64,000 nucleotides of DNA from a bacterium. GTDB taxonomy: Bacteria > Patescibacteriota > Minisyncoccia > Phycocordibacterales > UBA5272. The notes under the pieces are model-generated. The model did not search any database. It saw only the letters and a list, made by a program, of their open reading frames with translations, and was not told the DNA's origin. Positions within the stretch are counted from its first letter, which is position 1. Every line of letters begins with the position of its first letter. Below, one piece after another: positions 1 to 9,990 of the stretch. Location of the stretch: NCBI GenBank assembly GCA_023267595.1, contig JAHFNB010000001.1:94590-158589 (forward strand), given 5' to 3'. A program made the position numbers and the translations under genes.

Positions 1-1068
1 AATATTACAATTACCGGCCAAGTTCTTCCTCTTGCTGATTTATATATTAATAAAGATGATGGACTTAATCCTCGTTATACATTTGATACATTTATAGTTG
101 GATCTTTTAATGAAGTTGCTTATGCATGTTCCCAAGCAGTAATTAATAACTTAGGTATTGTCTATAACCCTTTATTTGTATATGGAAATACTGGGCTTGG
201 AAAGACACATATGATGCAAGCAATTGGAAATACAGTAAAGAAAAAATATCCTGATAGAAAAGTGTTTTATACCTCGCTTGAGAAATTTTATATGGATTAT
301 GTAAATGCTACTAATTTAAATAAGATAAATAGTTTTAAAGAAAAATATCGTAAATATGACGTTTTTATTATGGATGATATTCAATTTATTAATGGAAAAG
401 AAAGAACTCAAGATGAATTATTTCATTTATTTAATTCTTTATATGAAATGAATAAACAAATTATCTTTTCTTCAGATAAACCACCTAATTTAATTACAGG
501 ACTTGAAGATAGATTACGTTCACGTTTTAATCAAGGAATGGTAGTTGATGTAAACATTCCTTCTTTTGAGTCTCGTCTTGCTATTTTACAATCAAAAACA
601 AAAGAATACAGAGAGAAAATACCTCTTGAAGTGTTAGAGCATGTAGCAGAAACAATACAAGGAAATATTCGTGAATTAGAGGGGGTTATGACTTCAATTT
701 TAGGTCATATTCAAATGAAACAACAAGCAATTACTCTTCTTGATGTAAAAAATCTCCTTAAAAATAGTGTTCGTGCTAAGAAAACTATCTCTATTCCAGA
801 AATAGTAAAATTAATTGCAGATTATTATCATATACCGGACGTATATATTTATAATAAAACTCGTAGAAAAGATGTTGTTAAACCTCGTCAAATTGTTATG
901 TATATATTACGAGAAGATTTTGATATTTCATATCCTATGATTGGTGATAGATTAGGTGGGAGAGATCATACTACTGTTATTCATTCATATGAGAAAATAA
1001 AAGGTATTTTAAAAGATAACCCTCAACTTTCTCGTGAAATAGAGGATATACGCGCAATGCTTGTATAA
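1..1068 (+). CDS. dnaA: Chromosomal replication initiator DnaA (5'-truncated by window edge)
   Basis: Frame 1 is open from nt 1. It translates to ...LNPRYTFDTFIVGSFNEVAYACSQAV...YNPLFVYGNTGLGKTHMMQAIGN (Walker A), then a DnaA C-terminal DNA-binding domain (RDHTTVIHSYEKI). Stop at 1068. Confidence 0.95.
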   Translation, partial: NITITGQVLPLADLYINKDDGLNPRYTFDTFIVGSFNEVAYACSQAVINNLGIVYNPLFVYGNTGLGKTHMMQAIGNTVKKKYPDRKVFYTSLEKFYMDYVNATNLNKINSFKEKYRKYDVFIMDDIQFINGKERTQDELFHLFNSLYEMNKQIIFSSDKPPNLITGLEDRLRSRFNQGMVVDVNIPSFESRLAILQSKTKEYREKIPLEVLEHVAETIQGNIRELEGVMTSILGHIQMKQQAITLLDVKNLLKNSVRAKKTISIPEIVKLIADYYHIPDVYIYNKTRRKDVVKPRQIVMYILREDFDISYPMIGDRLGGRDHTTVIHSYEKIKGILKDNPQLSREIEDIRAMLV

Positions 1069-1071
1069 GTA

Positions 1072-1174
1072 TGTGAATAACTTTGGGGATAAGTAAAGAA
1101 TATTGGTTGGAAAACAATGTTTTATAAATATAGATATTTAATTAAGGTTTAATATATGTTTATTTTTATACACA
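1072..1174. promoter_or_regulatory. Putative oriC element: DnaA-box-like 9-mers in the AT-rich dnaA-dnaN spacer
   Basis: TGTGAATAA (1072-1080), TGGGGATAA (1084-1092) and TTATACACA (1166-1174) are each one mismatch from TTATCCACA or its reverse complement. TTTCCACAA lies at about 1259. The spacer is very AT-rich and sits in the canonical dnaA-dnaN position. Confidence 0.5.
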
Positions 1175-1305
1175 TATAAAAAATTATTCCTTATGAATAA
1201 AGTAATTAGTAATTATATAAAAACTATATATTATAAGGTTTTTATATGTTTTTAACAGTTTCCACAATCCTATACGTATCATTATATTTTATATATACTA
1301 ATACT

Positions 1306-2397
1306 ATGAAATTCGAATGTAGAGGAAACGTTTTTATTAAAGCAGTTGGGCAAGTTGCTCGTGCTCGTAGTAAACAACAAACACAAAACTATTTACAAGA
1401 TATACATCTTACCTTAGAAACACACTTACTTACTCTTCGTGCAACTAATTTAGAACTTTTTTGTGAGAAAAGTATACCTGTAAAAGGTTTAACTAATGGA
1501 TCATGTTTATTACAAGGAGAAACACTTCTTCGTGTTATTTCTACATTACAATCACTTGATACTAATTTTATATGTGAAGTACATGAAGGAGTTTTTTCTA
1601 TTACTACAGAAAAAGGTATTATAGAAATAAAAACAAGTACTTATGAAGATTTTCCAACTTTACCACAACAAGGTGAAACATTAGGAGTACTTCCAAAAGA
1701 AGTACTTGTATCTCTTTTAAAAGATGTTTCTTTTTGTGCAGCGACCACAGAAATTAAACCAGAAATAGCATCATTATATCTCTACACAAAAGATAATCTT
1801 ATATATACAGTTGCAACAGACTCTTATCGTCTCGCAGAAAAAACAATACCAAATAATTACACTATTGAATTTTCTCTTTTAATTCCTCAAAAACATATAA
1901 CAGATATTATTCAAATTATTAGTGATGAAACAGAAGATTTAACACTATCATTATATGAAAGTATTTTATCTATAAGTTCCCCAAATACTACACTTTCTAT
2001 TCATACAATTACTGGACAATTTCCCGACTACAGACAACTTTTTCCAAAAGAATTTACAACAATAGTAACACTTTCAAAAGAAGAATTAAGTAAAACATTA
2101 ACTCTTACAACTTTTTTTAATGAACAATACTCACAAGTAGAATGTATTTTTACAAATTCACAAGCAACCCTTCATAGTAAAAACGAAGCAATAGGACAAG
2201 TAACACATACACTTTCTTGTAAAAAAGAAGGGGAAGATATAGAAGTAAAATACAATAATAAATATTTCTTAGAAGTATTACCACATCTAGAAGGTGATAG
2301 TATTATTTGCCGCTTTACAACACCACAAAAACCAATGTTTATACAAAGCACAAAAGATGTAACTTTTACATACTTACTTATGCCTCTTAATAGGTAA
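1306..2397 (+). CDS. dnaN: DNA polymerase III beta sliding clamp
   Basis: Directly downstream of dnaA. About 360 aa starting MKFECRGNVFIKAVGQVARA, with the three-domain clamp length and the typical MKF N-terminus. The ATG at 1306 is preferred over the upstream in-frame 1246. Confidence 0.85.
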   Translation: MKFECRGNVFIKAVGQVARARSKQQTQNYLQDIHLTLETHLLTLRATNLELFCEKSIPVKGLTNGSCLLQGETLLRVISTLQSLDTNFICEVHEGVFSITTEKGIIEIKTSTYEDFPTLPQQGETLGVLPKEVLVSLLKDVSFCAATTEIKPEIASLYLYTKDNLIYTVATDSYRLAEKTIPNNYTIEFSLLIPQKHITDIIQIISDETEDLTLSLYESILSISSPNTTLSIHTITGQFPDYRQLFPKEFTTIVTLSKEELSKTLTLTTFFNEQYSQVECIFTNSQATLHSKNEAIGQVTHTLSCKKEGEDIEVKYNNKYFLEVLPHLEGDSIICRFTTPQKPMFIQSTKDVTFTYLLMPLNR

Positions 2398-2401
2398 CAG
2401 T

Positions 2402-2635
2402 ATGGATAAAGGACTTTTTGGTAAATATATACACCATATTCAAAAACAAAAAAGTAATAAAGAAGATATTTGTATATATATTAAAGAAAAAACAGGAATA
2501 GAATTACAAGATAAAGAAATACAACTTACAAAAAAACAAATAACATTACATATATCATCTGTGCTTAAACAAAAACTTTTTCAAAATAATATAGAAAAGT
2601 TTCTACAAGAAAAAGGATATACCTTAAAAAGATAA
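2402..2635 (+). CDS. Small hypothetical protein (77 aa), possibly DUF721/DciA-like given position after dnaN
   Basis: ORF tightly following dnaN. The C-terminal ITLHISSVLKQKLFQNNIEKFLQEKGY resembles the DUF721 pattern. Weak. Confidence 0.35.
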   Translation: MDKGLFGKYIHHIQKQKSNKEDICIYIKEKTGIELQDKEIQLTKKQITLHISSVLKQKLFQNNIEKFLQEKGYTLKR

Positions 2636-4783
2636 AAGAGGTTGTTCTGTAGGAGGTTGTTCTATTGTTTGACCACAAGAGAGTGTGTGTTTGCTAAGCC
2701 AGTTTTGTAGTGCAGTTTCCCAAAGAGTATATTGAGAATCATTACTGGGATTACTAGGATAAGGGCCATCAGGATTATTTTTTATAACAGAATTAAGAAT
2801 AGTGTGTATTCCATTTTGATCACAATATATACCACGTAAAATTGGCTTAGATGATGTGTTTGGTAATGGATCAGGGAAATACTCAATAGAAGATGTTCCA
2901 ATAGCACTATCCATCGCTTTTCGCCAAATAGGAGCAAGTACAAGTCCCGCCACCTTTTTATCTATTGGTGTATTATCATTATTTCCTCCCCACATACCAA
3001 CGACCACAGAAGGGGTGTATCCAATAACCCAAACATCACGATAATCATTTGTAGTTCCAGTTTTATCTGCAACAGGACGTGATCCAAAATATAGAGGGGA
3101 ACTTACCCCGTAGGAAGGTATTTTTGCTGTATTATCAGATAAAACACTAGAAACAAGAGAGGTTACTGATTCAGGAAGAACTTCTTTTTCTTGTTGTGAA
3201 TATTTTTCTAATATTGTGTCATCATTATCACGAACTTCAAGTACTCCTTGTGGTTTATTGTAAACACCATTATTAGCAAATACACCGTAGGCATTTGTTA
3301 ACTCAAGTAACGTTACTTCACCACCACCCAAAACTAAAGATAAACCGTATCTATCAGGATCATTAATAGTAGAGAGTCCCATATTTTGTGCAAGTGTTAT
3401 TGCATTGTTAATACCTGTTAAATAAAGAAGTTTAACAGCAGGAACGTTAAGTGATTGTGCAAGTGCGTTACGAAGACTCACAGGTCCACGAAATAATCCA
3501 TCATAATTATCCGGCATGTAACAAACAGACTCCTTTACTCCTTTGTTTGGTTTTCCATATGCATCACATTGAGAACTAAATTGTGTTGGTACGTCAAATA
3601 AAACAGTTTCAGGGGTATACCCTAATGAAAATGCTGCAGCATAGACAATAGGTTTAAAAGAAGAACCTGGTTGTCGTGATGCTGTTGCAATATTATATTG
3701 ACCAGGAATTGCAGTATCAAAAAAATCTCGTGAGCCAACCATAGCAAGTATTTGTCCAGTACGGGGGTCTATTGCAACCGCAGCAGCATTTGTTGCTTTG
3801 TATCTTTTTTCATTCTCAAATGCACCTTGCTTTACAATTTCCTCTAATTGTTTTTGAAGGTTATAGTCAATTGTTGTTATAATTTTGAGTCCACCATTTT
3901 GTACCATATCATCACCATATTTTTGTTCTAAGTATTCACGTATATACATAACAAAATGAAGTGCTTTTCCACTATTTGAAACATCTCGTTCAAAAGAAAG
4001 ATTTTCTCCCTGCGCTTTATTCCTCTCCTCCTTGGTGATGTAACCAAGTTCATACATTCTTTGTAACACTAAGTTTTTTCTTTTTTCAAGTAAATCACGA
4101 TGTTTACCATACGGAGAATAATATGTTGGAGACTGAGGGAGTGCTGCAAGATATGCTGCCTCAGGAAGGGTAATATCTTTCGCATGTTTTCCAAAATATG
4201 CATTTGAGGCTTCTTCTACACCATAAAGAGTACCACCATATGGACTTTCATTGAGGTATATTTGTAAAATAGTATCTTTTGGAACCTCTCTATCTAGTTT
4301 TAAAGAAAGAATAATCTCTTTTATTTTTCGTGTAATAGTTTTATCGCGAGTAAGAAGTGCATTTTTTACAATTTGTTGATCTATAGTAGATCCACCTTGA
4401 GAAAAACCACCACTTATAATATTTGCAAGTAATGCACGTATAAACGAAGTTGGACGAAAACCATAATGTTCGTAGAAATGGGCATCTTCAATAGATATTG
4501 TTGCTTGTTGTATATAAATACTCATTTCAGAAAGTGGTATTTCGGTACGTTTTACGTTGTCATGAATGTTGTATAAAACAATCGTTCCTGTTCTATCATA
4601 GATTTTTGTAGAGTTAGCAACTGATCTGTTTTCAAAGTTATTAAAATCAGGAAGTTCTATAGTAGATATCCACGCAAAAAGAAAAGCAAAAATAACAACA
4701 CAAAAAGAGAGACCAAGCAAGATTAACTCACGAAAAAAATGTTTCTTTACCCTCGCTTTTTTATGAGACACAGAAAGTGACAT
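2624..4783 (-). CDS. ponA: Class A penicillin-binding protein (bifunctional glycosyltransferase/transpeptidase, PBP1A-like)
   Basis: N-terminal TM. GT51 motifs EDAHFYEHYGF and GGSTIDQQIVKN. Transpeptidase SSFKP (SxxK), SRN-like and KTGT motifs. 719 aa. Confidence 0.9.
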   Translation of the reverse strand: MSLSVSHKKARVKKHFFRELILLGLSFCVVIFAFLFAWISTIELPDFNNFENRSVANSTKIYDRTGTIVLYNIHDNVKRTEIPLSEMSIYIQQATISIEDAHFYEHYGFRPTSFIRALLANIISGGFSQGGSTIDQQIVKNALLTRDKTITRKIKEIILSLKLDREVPKDTILQIYLNESPYGGTLYGVEEASNAYFGKHAKDITLPEAAYLAALPQSPTYYSPYGKHRDLLEKRKNLVLQRMYELGYITKEERNKAQGENLSFERDVSNSGKALHFVMYIREYLEQKYGDDMVQNGGLKIITTIDYNLQKQLEEIVKQGAFENEKRYKATNAAAVAIDPRTGQILAMVGSRDFFDTAIPGQYNIATASRQPGSSFKPIVYAAAFSLGYTPETVLFDVPTQFSSQCDAYGKPNKGVKESVCYMPDNYDGLFRGPVSLRNALAQSLNVPAVKLLYLTGINNAITLAQNMGLSTINDPDRYGLSLVLGGGEVTLLELTNAYGVFANNGVYNKPQGVLEVRDNDDTILEKYSQQEKEVLPESVTSLVSSVLSDNTAKIPSYGVSSPLYFGSRPVADKTGTTNDYRDVWVIGYTPSVVVGMWGGNNDNTPIDKKVAGLVLAPIWRKAMDSAIGTSSIEYFPDPLPNTSSKPILRGIYCDQNGIHTILNSVIKNNPDGPYPSNPSNDSQYTLWETALQNWLSKHTLSCGQTIEQPPTEQPLLSF

Positions 4784-4838
4784 ATATTAAGTAATACTAC
4801 CATATTAAAAGCATAAATGAGGTGATTATGATAGTATT

Positions 4839-6038
4839 GTGTGTATGGATAAAGTTATTACAGATGAATCAAAAATTGAGGAACTACTTACTCGTGGTGT
4901 AGAAGAAGTTATTGTAAAAGATGAATTAAAACAGGCACTTTTGTCTGGGAAACAATTACGTATCAAATTAGGTGTAGACCCAACAGGAGGGAAAATACAC
5001 ATTGGTCGTGCAGTTCCTCTTCGTAAACTAAGAGAGTTTCAACGTCTCGGACACCAAATCGTTTTTATTGTTGGTGATTTTACTGCTCAAGTGGGGGATG
5101 CATCTGATAAAAGTGAAAAGCGCCCAATGCTTACACGGGCACAAATTGATGAAAATCTTAAAGATTATAAGAGTCAGATTTCTAAAATATTAGATATTAC
5201 AAAAACTGAGTTTGTTTATAATAATGATTGGCTCTCTAAATTAACTTTTGCAGAAATTGTGACACTAGCAGAGTGTTTTTCTGTACAACAAATGCTTGCG
5301 CGTCGTAATTTTAAAGAAAGATATGAACAAGGAAAAGAAATATCACTTCGTGAATTTTTATATCCAATAATGCAAGGATATGATTCTGTTGCGGTAAAAG
5401 CAGATGTAGAGATAGGTGGGTTTGATCAACTTTTTAATTTAAAAGCAGGAAGAATTATTCAGGAACATTATGGTATGCCGAAGCAAAGCATTGTAACTTT
5501 TACAATGCTTGAAGGAACAGATGGTAGAAAAATGTCTACATCTTGGGGGAATATCATTTCTATTGTTGATGAACCATTTGATATGTTTGGAAAAATAATG
5601 GCATTACATGATGATCTTATTATCAAATATTTTACATTGTGCACTGACGTTTCGCTAGAAGAGATAGAAGGATTTAAAAAAGAATTAGAAGGTGGAGCAA
5701 ATCCAAAAGATATAAAAATGAGATTAGCACTTGAAATTGTGACGCTGTACCATACAGAAAAAGACGCCTCTCTTGCAAAAAACTCTTGGATTGAAACTTT
5801 TTCAAAAGGTGGTGTCCCAGAAAAAGTGCCTGAAATAATAACTGAAGAAGGAAAAGAGATAGGAGATGTGGTTGTTGAAAATAATATTGTTGCATCAAAG
5901 ACTGCGTGGCGACGTCTAGTAGAGGATAAAGCAGTTGGAGACACAAATGGAAATATAGTTACTGATGTAAAAGAATTAGTTAAGAACGTGACTCTTAAAA
6001 TAGGAAAGAAGAGATTTGTAAAAATTATAGTGAAATAA
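4839..6038 (+). CDS. tyrS: Tyrosyl-tRNA synthetase
   Basis: GVDPTGGKIHIGRAVPLRKLREFQRLGHQIVFIVGDFTAQVGDAS aligns with the bacterial TyrRS HIGH region. YPIMQGYDS and KMSTS (KMSKS-like) are present. C-terminal S4-like segment ASKTAWRRLVEDKAV. Confidence 0.8.
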   Translation: MCMDKVITDESKIEELLTRGVEEVIVKDELKQALLSGKQLRIKLGVDPTGGKIHIGRAVPLRKLREFQRLGHQIVFIVGDFTAQVGDASDKSEKRPMLTRAQIDENLKDYKSQISKILDITKTEFVYNNDWLSKLTFAEIVTLAECFSVQQMLARRNFKERYEQGKEISLREFLYPIMQGYDSVAVKADVEIGGFDQLFNLKAGRIIQEHYGMPKQSIVTFTMLEGTDGRKMSTSWGNIISIVDEPFDMFGKIMALHDDLIIKYFTLCTDVSLEEIEGFKKELEGGANPKDIKMRLALEIVTLYHTEKDASLAKNSWIETFSKGGVPEKVPEIITEEGKEIGDVVVENNIVASKTAWRRLVEDKAVGDTNGNIVTDVKELVKNVTLKIGKKRFVKIIVK

Positions 6039-6048
6039 TCAGGTAAAG

Positions 6049-6075
6049 AAAAATGCACCGTGTGGTGCATTTTTC
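6049..6075. terminator. Rho-independent terminator hairpin after tyrS
   Basis: atgcacc-gtgt-ggtgcat stem followed by a T-run. Confidence 0.6.
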
Positions 6076-6076
6076 T

Positions 6077-6250
6077 TTACCAATAACCTTCATCATTTGC
6101 TCTAAAGGCTAAATCTATCTCATCCTCCTCCTCATCTTCTCCCGGAAATAGTACAATTTCTTCCTCTTCAATTATATCTCCCTCAAATAAAGCCTCGAGA
6201 GCATCTGGATTTACTTCACCCACATTTTTTGGTTCTTCTTCAATAAGCAT
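6077..6250 (-). CDS. Small acidic hypothetical protein (57 aa), below ORF-track cutoff
   Basis: The reverse strand translates MLIEEEPKNVGEVNPDALEALFEGDIIEEEEIVLFPGEDEEEDEIDLAFRANDEGYW*. It lies immediately downstream of ruvC on the same strand. Confidence 0.3.
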   Translation of the reverse strand: MLIEEEPKNVGEVNPDALEALFEGDIIEEEEIVLFPGEDEEEDEIDLAFRANDEGYW

Positions 6251-6323
6251 ACAAAGTTTATACCGTTAATGTATGCAAAGATACCATCTTACGTAAAACT
6301 GTGCAAGTCAATTTGTGGAAAGG

Positions 6324-6821
6324 CTAGTTTAAGGCTTTCATACCACGTGAAGCAGAGTGGGTAAGCGCGATTGCTATTGCATCTAGTTCATCATCAATTA
6401 AGCCGTTTTGTACCTGTTTTGTAAGTATTTTTGGAACCATATGTGCAATATCTTCCTTGGTTGCTTTACCATGACCCGCAATGGCCAGTTTTATTTGAGG
6501 TGGAGAATATTCATGAATAAAAATGCCATGTGATTGTGCAATGTAAATACAAACCCCACGGACTTCCGCGACAGTAATAATAGTTTTTTGATTAGTGGTA
6601 AAAAAAATTGTTTCAATTGCTAGTTCTTTTGGTTTGTACTTTGTAATAATTTTCTCTAGATGTTTACCTATTGTTTGTAAACGAACTTCGAAGGATTCTT
6701 TTTTTGATGTTTCAATGCAAGTAGAAAATACAAGAGTTTCTTTATCTCTCTCTTTATCCAAAACACATATCCCTAATCTTCCAAATCCAGGGTCTATACC
6801 TAAAATACGAACAGTGCTCAT
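6324..6821 (-). CDS. ruvC: Holliday junction resolvase RuvC
   Basis: MSTVRILGIDPGFGRLGICVLD..., acidic catalytic residues, about 165 aa. Confidence 0.9.
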   Translation of the reverse strand: MSTVRILGIDPGFGRLGICVLDKERDKETLVFSTCIETSKKESFEVRLQTIGKHLEKIITKYKPKELAIETIFFTTNQKTIITVAEVRGVCIYIAQSHGIFIHEYSPPQIKLAIAGHGKATKEDIAHMVPKILTKQVQNGLIDDELDAIAIALTHSASRGMKALN

Positions 6822-6822
6822 A

Positions 6823-7806
6823 CTATTTTTTAAATCGCGTTACTGCTTTTTCTGTAGCCTTTCTTCCACGAGGAGTTCTCTCCAGCATTCCTATTTGTAA
6901 GAGATAGGGTTCAGTTACATCCTCGATAGTTGCCTCTTCTTCTCCAGTTGCAGCAGCAAGTGTGTTTAATCCAACAGGTCCACCATTAAATGTGTTTACA
7001 AGAGCATCGAGTACCATTCGTTCTGCAACACCTAACCCAAACTCATCAATTTCAAGAAGTGTCAAAGAGGTATCAACAACATCTTTATCAATGATTGCTT
7101 TGTGTACCTGTGCATAGTCACGTGCACGTTTTAAATAGTAGTTTGCAATACGTGGTGTAAATCGTGAACGTTTTGCTATTTCAAGCGCAGCATCATGTGG
7201 AACTTTGGTACCTAATGTCTGAGCACTTCTTTTTACAATGGTTGCAATTTCATCCTCTGTATAATAAGAAAGACGATATACTCCACCTGAGAATCGTGAA
7301 CGAAGCGGGGATGATAAAAGCGATATACGTGTCGTTGCACCTATCAATGTAAAAGGAGGTAAATCTAATTGTATGGTACGAGCAGAGGGACCTTTACCAA
7401 TAATAATATCTAACTTACCAGATTCCATAGCAGGATAGAGTACTTCCTCGATCATTTTATTTAATCTATGTATTTCATCTATGAAAAGAATATCTCCTGG
7501 GGCGAGATTAGTGAGTATCGCGGCTAAATCTCCTACTTTTGCGATTGCAGGACCACTCGATAATTTTAAATTGGCATTTAATTCTTTTGCAATTAAATGT
7601 GCAAGTGTGGTTTTACCAAGTCCAGGTGGACCGTACAAAAGAATATGTTCTGGAGGGGTATTTCGTTCCCGTGCAGCAGTCAAAAGTATGTGAAGATTTT
7701 TCTTTATAGTCTCTTGTCCTATATAATCATCAAATTTTTCTGGACGAAGTGTACTATCCAAGTGTCTTGTTTCTTCTATTTCTATTGGAATATCATGTGG
7801 TGTCAT
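6823..7806 (-). CDS. ruvB: Holliday junction branch-migration helicase RuvB
   Basis: LLYGPPGLGKTTLAHLIAKEL Walker A, AAA+ sensor motifs and a winged-helix C-terminus. ATG at 7806 is chosen. The track ORF extends to a GTG at 7872. Confidence 0.88.
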   Translation of the reverse strand: MTPHDIPIEIEETRHLDSTLRPEKFDDYIGQETIKKNLHILLTAARERNTPPEHILLYGPPGLGKTTLAHLIAKELNANLKLSSGPAIAKVGDLAAILTNLAPGDILFIDEIHRLNKMIEEVLYPAMESGKLDIIIGKGPSARTIQLDLPPFTLIGATTRISLLSSPLRSRFSGGVYRLSYYTEDEIATIVKRSAQTLGTKVPHDAALEIAKRSRFTPRIANYYLKRARDYAQVHKAIIDKDVVDTSLTLLEIDEFGLGVAERMVLDALVNTFNGGPVGLNTLAAATGEEEATIEDVTEPYLLQIGMLERTPRGRKATEKAVTRFKK

Positions 7807-8091
7807 ATAAAGGAGGGGAATGGGTCTGATTTGACAAAAGTTTTTTATGTGATATAATCTATACAGAGACACTCATTGTAGTGTTTCATTTTTGTCAGAA
7901 CCTATAGATCTCTAAACAATCGGGAATTTATTTCTCACTTTCTATATTCAAAGGACGGTCTGGTGCACCTCGTGTGCTACTGTGCCTATCCTTATGGAGG
8001 AATGTTCTTCACCAAGGGGTTGCTTAGAGATCTATCGGCTCAGATAAATTTCCTTAAAATGAACACAAGAAATTGTGTTCATTTTTTGTTT

Positions 8092-9792
8092 TTATTCACT
8101 ATAAAGATCAACTACACGGGAAACTTCATCAAAAGAAGTAATTCCCTCTAACACTTTGAGTATAGCATCCTCACGAAGAGAGGGGATTCCCTGATTTTGT
8201 GCCGCCGCACGTATTTCTCGTTCGCTCGGATTGGTAATTAATATCTTTTCAATATCTGCATTCATACTAATTGCTTCAAATATTCCAATACGATTATCAT
8301 ACCCTGTCATACTACAATGATCACACCCAACTGGTTTATAAAGTTTATATGAGGTATCTGGTAGGTGTCCTAACATAGAATCTTCTTTTCCTGATGTTTT
8401 CATAGCACCCAAAATATTGGTAATGGTACGTGATTCTTTTTCATTTGAAATATATTCTTCCTTGCATTGATTACATAGTGTTCGTACCAGTCGTTGTGCA
8501 AGTGCAAGTGATAATGCGCTTGCAATTACTTTTGGATTGACCCCAAGATCAATTAATCTGGGGATGGTTCCTGCTGCGTTATTAGTGTGAAGCGTAGAGA
8601 ATACCAAGTGGCCTGTGAGTGCGGCATTAATCGCAACTTTTGCTGTATCTTCATCACGTATTTCCCCAACCATAATAATATCTGGATCTTGGCGTAGTGC
8701 TGCCCGAAGTCCTGATAAAAATGTATAACCTTTTTCTTCTTCAACTTGTGTTTGTGTGATTCCTTCTAAATGATATTCAACAGGATCTTCGATGGTAATT
8801 ATTTTTACCTCTTTGTTATATACCTTATGTAAAAATGCGTAGAGTGTCGTTGTCTTTCCGCTACCTGTTGGACCAGTGGTTAGGATAACGCCATTTGGTT
8901 TACTAATTGCGTAGTCAATTAGTTCACGAAGTTTTGCAGGGAAAGCAATGTTATCAAGGTTAGATACTGAGTGACGTGGATCTAATAATCGCATTACAAA
9001 ACTCTCCCCATAATTTCCAGGAATTACAGAGACACGCACTTCCACCTCTACCGCACCTAAATCAATACTAAATCGTCCATCTTGTGCATTTGCACTCGTT
9101 GAGAGTTTTAATCCTGCGAGTAATTTCAATCGACTTGTAATATTTTTCAGTGCATTAAAATCAAAAAATGAAATATCATTCAACACACCATTTAAACGAT
9201 AACGCAGACGCACTGTTCCTTCTTCTGGTTCTATGTGAATATCACTTGCATCAAACTTGAGTGCACCTGCCATTATCATTTCAATAAGTCGTGTTGTTTT
9301 GTAGAGAACTTGAGAATTGATCAGTGCATCAAATTGTGTTTTCAATTCTTCGATAGAATTGAAACTCGCCATGAGTGTCTTCATCTTTTCTTCGGTTAAC
9401 TCGAGCATTCCACTTTCTACTTTATTTGATTGATTTAAATCTGCATATCGAGAAAGGACATGTTCTAATGATGCATGTGAACAAAGAAATAATAGTAATT
9501 CACTTCCACGTGTTTCAAGTGGACGAAGTAGTTCTTCTAGTTTTTGATTGTTAGGAGATAATGTTGCAATATACAGTTTTCTCCCTACAACTTTAAAAGG
9601 GACCAGTCCTGCTGCTCGCGCTTCTTCTTCTTTTATCATTTGCATTGCGTCTGGTTCAGGTGCAATACCACGCAAGTCAATATAAGGGAGTCCATATTTA
9701 TCAGAAAGAACTTTTACCAGTTCTTCTTCTTCATCTTTACGAAGGTCGGCAAGCGCATGATTTTGTACTGCCTCATCAAAGGTAATTGTCAT
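8092..9792 (-). CDS. pilB: Type IV pilus / type II secretion assembly ATPase (GspE/PilB family)
   Basis: N-terminal GspII_E_N-like domain. Walker A TGPTGSGKTTTLYAFL. Asp and His boxes. Tetracysteine CNQC...CDHC motif. Confidence 0.85.
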   Translation of the reverse strand: MTITFDEAVQNHALADLRKDEEEELVKVLSDKYGLPYIDLRGIAPEPDAMQMIKEEEARAAGLVPFKVVGRKLYIATLSPNNQKLEELLRPLETRGSELLLFLCSHASLEHVLSRYADLNQSNKVESGMLELTEEKMKTLMASFNSIEELKTQFDALINSQVLYKTTRLIEMIMAGALKFDASDIHIEPEEGTVRLRYRLNGVLNDISFFDFNALKNITSRLKLLAGLKLSTSANAQDGRFSIDLGAVEVEVRVSVIPGNYGESFVMRLLDPRHSVSNLDNIAFPAKLRELIDYAISKPNGVILTTGPTGSGKTTTLYAFLHKVYNKEVKIITIEDPVEYHLEGITQTQVEEEKGYTFLSGLRAALRQDPDIIMVGEIRDEDTAKVAINAALTGHLVFSTLHTNNAAGTIPRLIDLGVNPKVIASALSLALAQRLVRTLCNQCKEEYISNEKESRTITNILGAMKTSGKEDSMLGHLPDTSYKLYKPVGCDHCSMTGYDNRIGIFEAISMNADIEKILITNPSEREIRAAAQNQGIPSLREDAILKVLEGITSFDEVSRVVDLYSE

Positions 9793-9807
9793 GTAAACAA
9801 GTATATA

Positions 9808-9832
9808 GGGACTAGGGACTAGGGACTAGGGG
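9808..9832. repeat. Tandem heptamer (GGGACTA) x3.5 in the pilB upstream/divergent promoter region
   Basis: gggactagggactagggactagggg read directly. Confidence 0.8.
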
Positions 9833-9990
9833 ATACACGAGAAAGTATAGAGATAATCATATAAAATCCCTGTATTTACAAGGATTTTTTGCTTGACAAA
9901 TAATTAAAATCATGTATACTGTATTCATACTTTACAAGAGGGCTATCCTGCTCTCTACCAAAGACAGATCTTTCAAAAAAGGAGACCATC

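Noticed and set aside
2856-6070. Short antisense ORFs inside PBP1A and tyrS (2856-3044, 5468-6070, 5674-5946) and many similar ones inside large genes (e.g. 15081-16156 in polA, 48553-50555 in ileS)
   Set aside because: Each lies fully inside a confidently identified gene on the opposite strand and has low-complexity translations. These are typical shadow ORFs.
6595-6900. 101-aa plus-strand ORF overlapping ruvC and ruvB
   Set aside because: It is antisense to two well-supported genes and spans their junction. Shadow ORF.
9808-9832. GGGACTA heptamer array as a CRISPR-like or regulatory repeat array
   Set aside because: Only 3.5 contiguous copies with no spacers. Best described as a simple tandem repeat (a possible phase-variable tract). 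It is mentioned under the pilB-adjacent island instead.
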